DNA from: Mytilus californianus
Lineage: Eukaryota
Direction of reading: 5' to 3'
NCBI RefSeq assembly: GCF_021869535.1
Contig: NW_026262615.1
Location: 19,096,001-19,160,000 of the forward strand
Length of the DNA: 64,000 nucleotides
In this document: one piece after another, positions 34,746 to 47,280 of the stretch
Layout: every line of letters begins with the position of its first letter
Numbering within the stretch: the first letter of the stretch is position 1
The notes under the pieces: model-generated
What the model saw: only the letters and a program-made list of their open reading frames with translations
What the model was told of the DNA's origin: nothing
Database searches by the model: none
Translations under genes and position numbers: made by a program

Positions 34746-37700
34746 GGTTTAATAAGATCATCCAATACTGTGGGCCATCAATCATTATCGCTCAGCCATG
34801 TTAATATTTTTCGTTACCAATTATTTAGAAAAAATATATATTTTTTATATAAATAAATATTAAGTTTCTACTTTATTATATACTTTTTTGCTACCTCAAA
34901 TAAAAAATACATACAAATAAATGATGACTAAAATACAGTATGTTTTTAACCTACAAATTCGTTATGAAAGGCAAATTGATTATCAAAGTATATAGCATTT
35001 TTTTTGTATCAGTTTTCCGCATTTAAACTATGTTGTCTCACACAATTCTATGGTAGCTGATATCACTATCTGCGTTCAGAGGAATCGATAAGTGTTTTTA
35101 TCGTACATTTCATGGCCAAAATTTGGATTGTCCATTTAAAACAAGAAGGTGTGGTACGATTGCCAGTCGGACAACTAAACACCAAATGACGTAGATGTCA
35201 ACATCCATGGCAAATATTTCGACTTTCATTTCAGAAAGTATTTGTTCTTTTGTGTTTGCTTTCGTGATGTCCAGATATAAACAGATACTTATTAGGAACT
35301 AACATATGTACTAAACATAGTTAATTTAACAAAAAATATGGTAAATTATTACGCGGAAGATGAATGACAAACCGTCTCTAGAGGAAATTGGAATTCCGAA
35401 TTCCGATAATAATACAGGCAAAAACAAAATCAATAAAAATTGAAATAAAAAAAATACCGAACTACAAGGAAAATTCAAAATGGAAAGTTTTGAACAAATA
35501 AAAGTCGTTTTGTAAATCAAAAGACAGATTTTAAAGCAAATGTAGTATCAACTTCAATCGAAACCAGGAGTTATATCAGATACTAGTGAAGTATTAGGTA
35601 GTCTAAGCTAGTACTTGAAATGGAATGAGTTTTGTTTATTTTAATGAGAATCGTATTTATAGTTAATGATAGAATTAACATTTGATAGGTAAGTTTGAAT
35701 AATGTACATTCATATCACAGTACATGTAGAAAGAAGCTTGTACCATTTCAAACGGCAACGATGACCTTGTGAGTTTACAAAATGCAAAGATCCAATTACC
35801 CCTGCCCTAAAACGTATAGATAACATCAAAATTATCATAATATAAAATAATTTTACTGGTATTTATATGAAACGATCGTTTTAATTTTAATTGTCATTTG
35901 GGTCATTGTCGTAACTCTGTACTTGTGGAGCAGGAGCTGCTGGTCCTTTAATAGCACATGTTGTTTTCATTCCTGGTTTATGACGGGTTCGAGTAACTCA
36001 TTATTAGTTTAATGTGTAGTGTTCAGTTGACTGTTGTTTTAATTTTCATCGTGTTTTTTTTTTTTTTTTTGTATTTTGCAATTGTGTTGTCTATTTCATT
36101 GGTCTTATGGCTTCATTATTATTTCAGGTATACCAATTCTTGTGGATTTTGTGGTGCAGGTGAACCACAAATTTAGATATTCCACATTTTCTACAGGCTT
36201 TTTCGCAGTCTTTAGCAAAACCCCGAAATCATATATCCATGAACATGTTTGTTTTCCTCAATCCATGAAAATAATCCACAGTACTTTATTTTCCACGCAT
36301 TGTCCACAATAAGAATCAAGGTCATAACAAATATGAAATTTGATTTGGTTTTCATTATGTATTGCATGATAGTTGGAAAAAATACTTTGATGACATTTCC
36401 ATTTAATTTTCTCATGAGAATTATCGCGGCGTAGTGTTATAATCGTTCTTTGTTTATATATCCAGTGCAAATTATCATTTCTAAAGGATTATTATTCTTC
36501 GTTATGTACGTACCTGTCACCTAGACATTGTGTTTGCTCAAATTCACAAATGTCAGCCTTCAAGCAAACGTCCCGTAGTTTATGTAATGCTGTTAATCTC
36601 ATTTTGCGATCAGAATTGAAAAATGCGCTGAAATAAATTATCTTCACAACACAAGAATTAATCTAAGTAAATATTTTTTCTAAGATAAATGTCATTGCAG
36701 ATTAGTTTGAAGGTTTGTCTTAATGTTGACTTGCACACACCGAAAACCTATCAAATCTCTTATTTCAGACATTAAACGAAAAAGTGTTTGCTATTTCTTG
36801 AATAAATTAAATAATTTCTCAACAGAACAAAAAAGGTGCTAAAATTTCTCCTCACTCGATTGAAAACTCATCGTTAAGTTGCATTTCATAAATATTTGAA
36901 TTTGAAACCTTTTAGATGAAACAAGCAATCCAAAAGCGAATAACCCTACATAAGACGGTTTCCACAATTATGTTATAATCTGTATTTTTTGGTTTAAAAA
37001 AGGAGATGTGGTACGATTACCAATAAGACAATCCACCAGAGTTCAATTGACGTAGATGATAGCAACTATAGGTCGCCAAACGGCCTTCAACAATGAACAA
37101 CAACCATACCGCATAGAATGCTATACAAGCCTGTAATAACAAAATGTTAAAGAATACAAATGAGACAACCAACGGCCTGATTTATGTATACAACAACGAC
37201 GAAAAACAAATATGATATACAGTAACAAACGATAACCACTGAAAACCTAGCTGCTGACTCAAGACAAGCACAAACATAATGTGGCAAATTAAACATGTTT
37301 ACGGGCACCCAGCCCTGCCTTTAACCCTGGACTGTGGTGATACATGACAACATAACCAACTATAAAAGAGCTGGACTCATAAATTCGATACAAAGCAACC
37401 CAAAGGAAAACAAAGCAAACAATAAATAAAATCACCATGCACATATAGTACGGATCTGAGAGTACTTGCAGTTACTGTCTCATCAAACACGAGGGTTTAG
37501 GGCATACACACAAAGTTTAATACCAAAAAGTCTGTTTCCTAAAAATTTATAAAAACGAAGTAGCATTAATTCTCAAAAAATAAAAAAAGTCTAGTGTTAT
37601 AAATAAATCATAGAAAAGAAAGAAATATTGTAAAATTCCTTCTTAAGATTGTAAGCAATCTGCACATGTGAATCAATCCCTTAAAGCTCCTCCACATTAG

Positions 37701-39049
37701 AATAACATTTATCAGCTTCACATGCATTGAATCGTTTCTTGCTTCTGTTTGACAGTTTTATAAAGAAGTAAATGTTTATTAGAAATATCCTGCCATTAAA
37801 TCAAATTTGTTTTGAACTTGACACAGAAATAACCGTTCAACTCTTATTTTTTAAATTATTTTTTTCTGTCAGATTTGAATGTTGATGTTCTTCATTACTG
37901 ACAAAAACAATGCTGCTAAACCGTACGGTATTAAAGCCGAGAGATTGGCATGTTATGATAAATTTTGTTTTCGTTTTAATGTGAATACTCGTTTATAAGA
38001 GAAATATTTTAAGACATTGTTTATGTTTAGAATATTTAAATATTATTCTATTATTGAAAAGAAGAAAGAATTTTACTAATTTCTTGGACCAAGTTAACTA
38101 TGTAGTTATAACCCGTATAAATGATCGGAAGAGGAGCACTAAATAAAGGCAACAGTAGTATACCGCTGTTCGAAACTCATAAATCGATAGAGATAAAAAC
38201 AAATCCGGGTTACAAACTAAAACTGAGGGAAACGCATCAAATATAAGAGGAGAACAACGACACAACAAAAACACAACATTAAAATGTAACACACACAGAA
38301 ACGAACTATAATATAACAATGGCCATTTTCCTGACTTGGTGCAGGACAGCGTTTATCAATATCAATTTCTCTAGTTCTATGATAAGTTAAATAATTACCA
38401 ATGTGTGTGCCTTTATAAGTAATTATTTTCTGCAAAATCAAATAATTTCATGTAATTACTATTCACAAAGCTAATATTGATGTAGATGACTGATCATGTT
38501 TTGTTTATCTGATAACTAGTATACTCTTTTTAATTAGTAATTATTCTAGGATAATTACACGATCAAATATTTATACTGTTAACGGTTTTGCAGGAGCTGC
38601 AAAATAAAATTGTTATAGCATCAATGCACATTGTTTATTTAATTTGTTACTTAAAGTATAGCGGATTAATATCGAAGAGGTAGTACGTCATTGAACTATG
38701 TATGACCTTAACTTGGGAATACAAAGTTCAATGTTCTTGATAGATTTGTTGGTTAGAAACAGCTTTACACCAATAAGTTTGTTAGTCCGTCAGTAAGACA
38801 TAATTTTAACTTAATACAGGTATTTAGATTTCTAACCTTTCGTAACCCGCTTGTGGATGTGTTGTTAAAGTATAGCAAAATCATGAACAGTCTGGTCTGT
38901 ATTTAATTTTATTTGTCTCCACCGGTTTCATAACTGAAATTAACAGCGTTATTTTACGAAATTGCGCAAATATGTCAGTAAGCCTCATTTTCATAACCCG
39001 GGTCTCACGCACATGTAAAAACATTAGATTCAAGGTCGTAAAAAGTAAG

Positions 39050-39470
39050 TCATTTGTTTTCATTTACATAATGTATTACCTGATTGGTTGGAAAATTCTT
39101 TTCTTAACATTTTTGATTCAATTTTCCTTTTCCATTTATCGCTTCGTAGTGATATAATCGTTTTTTTTCTTAGTATGCGTCCATCGCCAATTATCTATTT
39201 TTGGGGTTATTATTTATCATTATTAACGTTTCTGTCACTCAACAATTTATGACTCACACTCAAAATTGTCTTTAAAGCAAACCTTATTTATTGTTATTTA
39301 TGTAATGTTGTCATAGAAGATGAAAATACTTCATTATGTTAGAGATTTGAATGATGCCATGAAATATTTAATCTTCCCAAGAGAATGGTGTAAACGAAAC
39401 ATTCTTGTAAAATAAATGTCCTAACAGACAAGGTTTTACCAAATGGCTTCTTTGACACACTCAAAATAAT
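39050..39470 (+). repeat. Old diverged third copy of a segment in the duplication (31370-31800, 36345-36770)
   Basis: Colinear motifs ATGTATT..ATG/CTG..GTTGGAAAA, TTATCGC..CGTAGTGATATAATCGTT, GGGTTATTATT, CTGTCAC, AAGCAAAC, AATAAATGTC. Confidence 0.7.
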
Positions 39471-40001
39471 TCTTACTTCAGACAAAGCAAAAAGTATGAT
39501 GAGGCCACTTTTTATCCCTTAAAATCAAAATCATATGTTAATATGAATATTCCAAAAACAAAGATGCCAATCGTTGCTTATATGGTCATATAAGACATAT
39601 TTGTATAATGTTTTGGAGTTTTAAATGGTCTTACATATAAGTAATAGAGTTTCAAACTTCTTCATTTAGTGCATCACAGAAAATTCTTCCAAAATAGCCT
39701 CATTTTGAGAACTTGTAATTGATATTTAGATATGAGCAACAGCTTGCCTATATATATTTTAACAACACAATATGCATAAAATTATAATTTTAGGTCAAAT
39801 ACGTCAATTTTAATATGTTTATACGCGATAGTAAAATCACAAGTGACCTCCTAAAAAAAAGGCTCAAAATTCTGGTCCATGTATCAGTACAAATAAAGTA
39901 TTTTAAACGGTTTCATTGAGTTTATCTTTTTTGGCAATTTCAAGGACCAACAAATCGCTCTTGTCATACCTCCTCCTTTCAGATAAAAATAAATATATCA
40001 A

Positions 40002-40168
40002 TGTGGTTATTACTTGACACTGTGGTTATTTTTTGACACTGTAGTCATTTCTTGACACTGTGGTAATTTCTTGACACTGTGGTTATTTCTTGACACTTTG
40101 ATCGTTTTTGACACTGTGGTCATTTCCAGACACGATGGTTATTTCTTGATACTAGTTATTACTTGAAA
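40002..40168 (+). repeat. 19-bp minisatellite, ~8.5 copies
   Basis: Unit TGTGGTTATTTCTTGACAC. Confidence 0.9.
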
Positions 40169-41050
40169 TAACATGTTAAGTTCACACCATTTTGAATGAA
40201 ACTGTCCAGCAAATATAATATATTTCAATGTAATAAAGAGGTTGGAGTGGTAAATATTTTGATAACATAATTTTTCTCACGAACGCCTATACCAAATCTG
40301 AACCCCCATAACTATGTCCCTAGGTCTTCTGATAGTCATTGTGATTTATGCTACCATTTTCGTCTATTTTATTCGTTTTTGAAAAAAACTTTCACTTCTT
40401 TGGTGGAAATGCCTTGTATTCTGTCTTTCTTTAAGATATCATAGAGCATTAAAACAAAACAAAAAACTGTTCACTAACAAAAAGAAGTAATTATCTGAAA
40501 AATTGTAGACATGTTCAGTGCAAGCAAGTAGAACATTCGAATTTAGTTCAGAATTATATCATATCTCTTATTTACAGGATGATATGGCTAGCTAAGAAGG
40601 ATTCAGTATTCTCTTGCTATTATCAAAGTCTTTCCTTTTACAAAAGGGAAAGACCTTACTGTATTTCTTCTGATTATTATCATTCTTTTTCCGCCAAACT
40701 TTGACGAAGTTAACAGCTTTAACCGTTAGGCATTTCGCTTTAAGGTTTGCACTTTGTATCGGTATCACAAATACCTATCCGGAACTAGCCCTGTGAGTCG
40801 TTACATTTTGTCGGTCCGGAGGTATCTGCCCACTAAAACTCATAAAACCGTATGTCGTAGCCACCTAAGGTTTATACCAATGATCAACAATTCATGTGAC
40901 CTTGTAAAAACTCATGGTCAAATGTTTACGTTGACCTTGACATTTGATCTTACACCTTGTTATGTGATAATCTCAAAACCCATTATACTTACAGAAGTCT
41001 TGAATAGTGGAAAATGTTTTGATCATTGCGGCGCAACTTTGTTACTTTTC

Positions 41051-41603
41051 GACTGAAGAGATTTGACCTTGCCGTAAGGGGCAAAATCCCCGTCAACGGT
41101 TTCCGAAAAGACAAAATTAGCTTTAACTATTAAACCAAAGGTCCTAGACCCATCGGGACATCAGCAATGACATTGTGGACAAAGGTCAAGGTCATGTCCC
41201 AGATAACGAATAATGTGTTTTGACCTTATTTAAAGGGTTTAAAGTGTGTGTAATGCTTTTCAATGCATTTTACATCTATTTAAACTTATATTTTATCTGA
41301 TGTGATAAAGGTTTTGGTCATAAAGGCGCAATGTTGATACATTCTGACCGAAGAGATTTGACCTGTGCGTTAGGGGCATTACCCCGTTAACGATTTCTGA
41401 GAGGACAAAAACTTTCTTTAAAAATAAACAGAACTTCCTACACCTATGGTGTCTTCAGCAAGGACAGTGGGGACCAACGACCTCGACAAAGGTCAAGGTC
41501 ATGACCTAGATCACGAATTTAATGTTTTTGACCATATTTTAAGGGTTTTATGTGTGTTTAATGCTTTTCAATGCATTTTACATCTATTTGCACTTATATT
41601 TTA
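41051..41603 (+). repeat. Diverged ~295-bp tandem dimer of satellite-like unit
   Basis: 41051-41295 and 41346-41603 share GAAGAGATTTGACC, GACAAAGGTCAAGGTCATG and AATGCTTTTCAATGCATTTTACATCTATTT. Confidence 0.8.
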
Positions 41604-41689
41604 CATTACGAAAAGGAAAGACGAACAATTGACATTTAAATTTTCTTTTGCGTTTGTATATTTGTGCACATCAACTTCGTATTTTATTT

Positions 41690-41780
41690 GACCTTTTCAC
41701 CTTTTTGATATGAGTTATTTGTAAACGATACGCGCGTCTGGCGTACGAAATTATCAGCTTGGTATCTTTGGTGAGGTTTG
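41690..41780 (+). mobile_element. Decayed family A HHR fragment
   Basis: GATATGAGTTATTTGTAAAC GATA CGCGCGTC TGGCGTAC followed by the tail CTTGGTATCTTTGGTGAG. Confidence 0.6.
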
Positions 41781-41804
41781 CATAAAGTATAATAACAAGA
41801 ATAC

Positions 41805-42090
41805 CAATTGCAAGGAAAATTCAAAATGGAAAGTCCCTTATGAAATGACAAAATCAAAAGCTCAAAAACACATCAAACGAATAGAAAACAACTGTCATAT
41901 TCCTGAATTGTTACAAGCATTTTCTTATGTAGAAAATGGTGGAGTAAACATGGCTCTCCCTTGTATGACAGTCGCATACAATTCCATTATATTGACAACA
42001 ATGAATGAGTAAAACAAACAGACATAATAGATGAAAATGTCAAGAATTTTGGAACAGCAGTCAACATTGTGTTATAATCTTAATCACTAA
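41805..42090. repeat. Interspersed repeat family G; copies at 27425-27610 (+28103-28135), 30640-30700, 35450-35500
   Basis: AATACC(G/A)A(A/T)CT.CAAGGAAAATTCAAAA(C/T)GGAAAG and TGTCATATTCCTGA(C/A)TTG shared. Confidence 0.7.
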
Positions 42091-44364
42091 AAAGACATAT
42101 AGACACTATCATTATATTATAGTTCATTATCACTGAACTAGTATATATATTTGTTTAAGGGCCAGCTGAAGGACGCCTCCGGGTGCGGGAATTTCTCGCT
42201 GCATTGAAGACCTGTTGGTGGCCTTCTGCTGTTGTCTGTTCTGTGGTCGGGTTGTTGTCTCTTTGACACATTCCCCATTTCCATTCTCAATTTTACTATA
42301 TACACAAAGTACATAAGCAAAAATGAAAGACAAGAATACAAAAATGACCATAGCACAATGCACATGTTATATTTTAATTTGCCTTTCAAAACTTTAATCT
42401 TTGGTAATAACACAAATGTTTAATACAAAAAGAAATTTTCACGCTAAAATATTTATATTTGGTGATCTGAAATGTTTTAATTAAATCAATTCAATCAACT
42501 TAAAAATCATAGAATATAAACCCTTATTGTAAAACTATATAACTTTATAAAGGTTGTTAACCATCACAGAAAAATCGGACAGCGGAAATGTCAATTTTTA
42601 CTAGTTCTCCTTTCTTGAAAGAATTCGTGGATCATCTTCACATGCAATAAATTATTTCTTGTTGCAGATTGGTAGTTAAATGAAGAATTATATGTCACAT
42701 TGAGATATCACGAAACCAAAGAAATTAATCAAATCAACTTTCCAGAAAATTGACAGTAGAAAGATTATTTAAAATTAGTTCCTGGTAGCTCTTGTTTTAT
42801 TTAACCGATTGCAATTATAAAAATGAAGATGTGGTATGATTGCATATGAGACAACTCTCCACAAGAGAACAAATGACACAGAAATTAACAGCTATAGGTC
42901 ACCGTACGGCCTTCAACTATGAGCAAAGCCCATACCATTCTTTGCATTATTTTACGAATCAGTTCTGTAGTTAAATTTCTTTGCTAAATGAAAAGTATCA
43001 TGGATCCTTTGTATACGTTATTTATTTACTGCAAAACAAATAATTATAATTGTAGTTACTTATGTATAGTTATAATATCGATGTAGATAACTCTTCTAAT
43101 CTTATTTATCTGACATTTAGTGTAAGCTTTTCAATGTTAATTATTCTGAGATAGTTACACGATCAAATGTCTAATATGATAAGATTAGTGTAATTATTAC
43201 TACTGTTATCGCCTTTGCAGACGTTACAAAAATAACTATTCTAGCCTTAATGCACATTGGCTTAAGCTTCTAATTGTGTAATTCATAGATACATAAAGTA
43301 CTTAAGATTCACAATGAAAAGGTAATACGTAATTGAACTGTATGTGACCTTACATTTACTGTTGGGGAAAAAGAGAAACAAGATATCTTTGTCAAGTTTT
43401 ATGTTTCTAATCAATATGCTAAGAATCACCCAGACACAAAGGAGTTTTCCGTTTGGCACGATTAACTTACTAGTTGGCACGAGTAACTCACTATGTAACT
43501 GTATTATACCGATATCACAGTACCGCGAAAATTCACAGATATGGGTATAAACACAACCGAATCGAGCGAACCCAAATCTGAGTTATGCAAAGCGCGTTGA
43601 CAGGGTAGTTTTAACCAAGCATTTTCCGGTCAAATTTATCAAGTATTAATACACGTCTTTTCCTGGTCCTGCTCTGGATAACATAAGTTAGGAGCACATC
43701 TTTTTAAAATAATATTAAAATTCATTTTTTTTTCCAAAGAAATAGTTTTCACTGAATTATATGCTGAATGATAAATTTTTAATTGCGTTACGAAACTCCA
43801 TATAGACCGTACAAAGAAAGGATTTATGCATTACGTTAGAATTTTCAAAATGTTAAACTATTTAATAGCAATTGAAAGAAATGTTATGTATCAGAATATA
43901 CAGAGGAGCGGGAGGGGGGGATGGAAGAGGGGGTACTTCTAACCTATTTTCAGAAGTGTCAAAATAAATAGTCTAAGAACTTTTTAAAAACTATTCTAAA
44001 ATAGGTATATCCTAGAATTAGATATCATAGAATTGTCAGAATCTGTAATACTGTTATTAACTGTTGTAAGGTTGATTGTCCAAATCTGTTTTAGAGTAGA
44101 ACTGTCCAAATCTGTTTCAGGGTAGGACATTTCTAAATGGCGTTAGTAATAGTAGATCTCTGATAGTGATTAATAGAAAAAAAACAAAGGATATGGGTAA
44201 ATCAAAATCAATACATGCACACCAAAAAAACACATGAAAAGCTTTTAATGCTGTTCCTCATCTCAACGTCACAGTGAGGCCTTCAATACGGAGGAAACAA
44301 AATCTCACCTCACTGAACTCAAGAACACTTATAATTTTGGAGGAAAGGGGCAGTTAAATGGATT

Positions 44365-44417
44365 TGGATTCGTCATAGATACCAGGATTAACATTGTGTA
44401 CGCAAGACGCACGTTTC
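44365..44417 (-). mobile_element. 3' half of a family A HHR/retrozyme interrupted by nested insertions; remainder at 46208-46380
   Basis: GATACCAGGATTAACATTGTGTACGCAAGACGCACGTTTC stops at the MITE. AAAAGATTCATCAGTGACGCTCAAAT... resumes the family sequence at ~46208. Confidence 0.75.
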
Positions 44418-45924
44418 TACGGAAGCGTATTAGCGCCATACATTTTTTTTTTTAATATTTCTTCCTATGTTTGCGTTATAACGCAAACCTTTGCGTTATA
44501 ACGCAAACATTTGCGAAATAACGCAAACCTTTTGCGTTATAACGCAAACATTTGCGATATAACGTAAACCTTTGCTTTATAACGCAAACCTTTGCGAAAT
44601 AACGCAAACCTTTGCGATATAATGCAAACCGTTGCGTTAAAACGCAAACATCTTGATTTCAATTATTCATTAAGTGTTGTTTATATGTCCGTCTGTCATT
44701 TATTTCGGTTGTGATTTACTGGTAGATAGGAAAAGAACCATAAATACAAGGCCAACTCATTATAATAAATATTCATAGAAATAATGGAATACTTGAAGTG
44801 CAATTATACATAGATTAAGAATGATTTGTGCATCTGAAAAGTATATAATTTAACAAGAAAATAGATATGGTATAGGCATATTTTAATTGAAAGAGCAAAA
44901 CTAATGTCATACATTTGTGAAAATTTCAAGTCAAATAGACAAAATGATCTTTCTGCTTTGAAATGAATTATTAATAAAGAAACAATTTTTTTAATTTTGA
45001 TGCAAGATTTTTTTTAAATCTCAGAATATGATCAAGATTCTTTGATAGAAATTCATGGAATTTTCATTTCAATCTAGTGAAGTAACTTTAAGATACTTGG
45101 GTAGCCATTTAAATTGAGAGAACATAATTTTAATAATAAAACATCTTCATTTTATTGCGAAAAGGTAGCTTGTTTGGTCAATGGATCTAACCAACCTTAC
45201 ACAATCCTCAAACGAGAGCTTACTTTGGAAGTATATTTATATTTTGCTATAGCTATATTAGCAGGGTTGATTTTTTATATTTTTCGATACAACTTCAATT
45301 TACTCAATTGTCTTTGTAATATATATATACATGTATTATCATGTATATATTTTTGGGGCCCTGTATAGCTTGCTGTTCGGTGTGAACCAAGGCTCCGTGT
45401 CGAAGACCGTACTTTGACCTATATTAAATGGTTTGATTTTAGAAATTGTGGCTTGGATGGAGAGTTGTCTCATTGCCATTCATACCGAATCTTCTTATAT
45501 CTATTATCCTATTCATTATTAGTCATATGTTCTAAATGTTCAAGCATTTTTCTTTGTTATGAGTACAAAGGAGGATATATTTTAATGTTTGCAGCCTCCT
45601 CCATTTATAACTGCTGCTTCCTTTGAATCTTTAATAAGAAATAAGATTAAAAAAAAATTTGCGTTATTTTGCAAATGTTTGCGTTATAACGCAAAGGTTT
45701 GCGTTATTTCGCAAAGGTTTGCGTTATAACGCAAAGGTTTGCGTTATTTCTCAAAGGTTTGCGTTATAACGCAAAAGACTTGCGTTATTTTGCAAATGCG
45801 TAATAACGCAAAGGTTTGCGTTAATTCGTAAAGGTTTGCGTTATAACGCAAAAGTTTGCGTTATAACACAATAATAGGAAGAAATATTAAAAAAAAAGTT
45901 GTGTGGCGCTAATACGCTTCCGTA
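44418..45924. mobile_element. Foldback-type non-autonomous DNA transposon (1507 bp) with long repeat-containing TIRs and 6-bp TSD
   Basis: Termini TACGGAAGCGTATTAGCGCCA...TGGCGCTAATACGCTTCCGTA. CGTTTC is duplicated at 44412-44417 and 45925-45930. Subterminal arrays (44468-44650, 45658-45868) have a 20-bp unit containing the perfect palindrome TTTGCGTTATAACGCAAA. Confidence 0.88.
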
Positions 45925-46207
45925 CGTTTCACTTAGACAAGATACTAAAAGAAGGGCGAAAGATACCAAAGGGACATTCAAACTCATAAAATAAATTGAC
46001 AACGCCATGGCTAAAAAAGAAAAAGACAAACAGACAAACAATAGTACACAAAACACAACATAGAAAACTAGAGACTGAGCAACACGAACCCCTCCAAAAA
46101 CTGGGGGTAAGCAGATCCTGCTCCACATGTGGCACCCGTCGTGTTGCTCATGTTAGTACACACACGGTAATAAGTCTAATTCGGTAGATCACATTCGGGA
46201 AAAGGGG

Positions 46208-46380
46208 AAAAGATTCATCAGTGACGCTCAAATAAATCTATTTAAAATGGCCAAATAAGTACTACGTCGAAGAACATTGAGAACTCTACATTCCCAAAGG
46301 TATTGCCAAATACAGCTAAATTATCAATTTCTGGGGTATAAAATCCTTTGTATATCGAAAAGTTCAAAGTTTTGTTTTTT
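46208..46380 (-). mobile_element. 5' part of the split family A retrozyme
   Basis: Contains minus-strand GAGCGTCA CTGATGA and upstream monomer sequence (GCCAAATAAGTAC...GCCAAATACAGCTAA) homologous to 56420-56560. Confidence 0.7.
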
Positions 46381-46990
46381 GACATAATATTTTAGATAAA
46401 AGAATTATATATTAAATTTAAATAAACTAATACAGTCTTCACTTTTTCACCTTTGAAATGCTTTCCTTGACCTTAGCTTTATGACATAGATGGATGCTAG
46501 TTCAGTTATTTTTCCAAATTACTTGCATTTAAATTTAAGAAAAAAATATTTGTGTAAGCAATAGTGCAAATATATCTATATATACATAAATACTTACTCG
46601 GGTAATATATTTGGATTACACATTGACCCTATCATATGGCATGGTTTTATATCTTTGAGAGCGGCAACGAATACCAAAGGTATATTCAGAACGACGAAGA
46701 GACAAAACAGCAGTACACAAAAACTAAAATCTGAGCAACACGAACCCCAACAAGAACCGGGTGTGGTCTCAGGTCCTCAGGAAGGGTAAACAGATCCTGT
46801 TCCTCATATCGCACAAAGTTTACTTTTATTCTGGTATCTATGATGAGTTTATAATTAACCTAATAGCATATTATGACATTGTACAGTCTTATAAAATAAT
46901 GCATTTGCTGTTTATTACTATTTAGTAAGTTTTGAAAAATCAAATAGATTATAAACTGTTCTATGGCAGAACTGTCAGAATTTGGAAGAA

Positions 46991-47280
46991 TACCCTTCCC
47001 TTTTCACGAATGTGACCTACCCAATTAGACTATTTACCGGATAATAACATAAGCAACACGACGGGTTCCACATGTGGAGCAGGATCTGCTTACCCTTCCG
47101 GAGCACCTGAGATCACCCCCAGTTTTTGTAGGGGTTCGTGTTGCTTAGTCTTTAGTTTTCTATTATGTGTCATCTGTACTATTATTTGTCTGTTTGTCTT
47201 TTTACTTTTGGCCATGGCGTTGTCAGTTTGTTTTCGATCTATGAGTTTGACTGTCCCTCTGGTATCTTTCGTCCCTCTTT
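46991..47280. repeat. Interspersed repeat family H, best-preserved copy; others at ~9270-9490, 11500-11720, 13030-13160, 15825-15950, 35920-36110, 45945-46207, 46660-46810, 52990-53130, 58370-58597
   Basis: GTGGAGCAGGATCTGCTTACCCTTCCGGAGCACCTGAGATCACCCCC core and GCCATGGCGTTGTCAG...GGTATCTTTCGTCCCTCTTT terminus. Confidence 0.8.

Larger units (their letters stand above)
32234..37220 (+). repeat. Tandem segmental duplication, copy 2 (~5.0 kb)
   Basis: Same order as copy 1, with extra segments at ~33658-33997, ~35650-35670 and ~35920-36055. Homology ends at TATGATATAC 37220. Confidence 0.92.
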
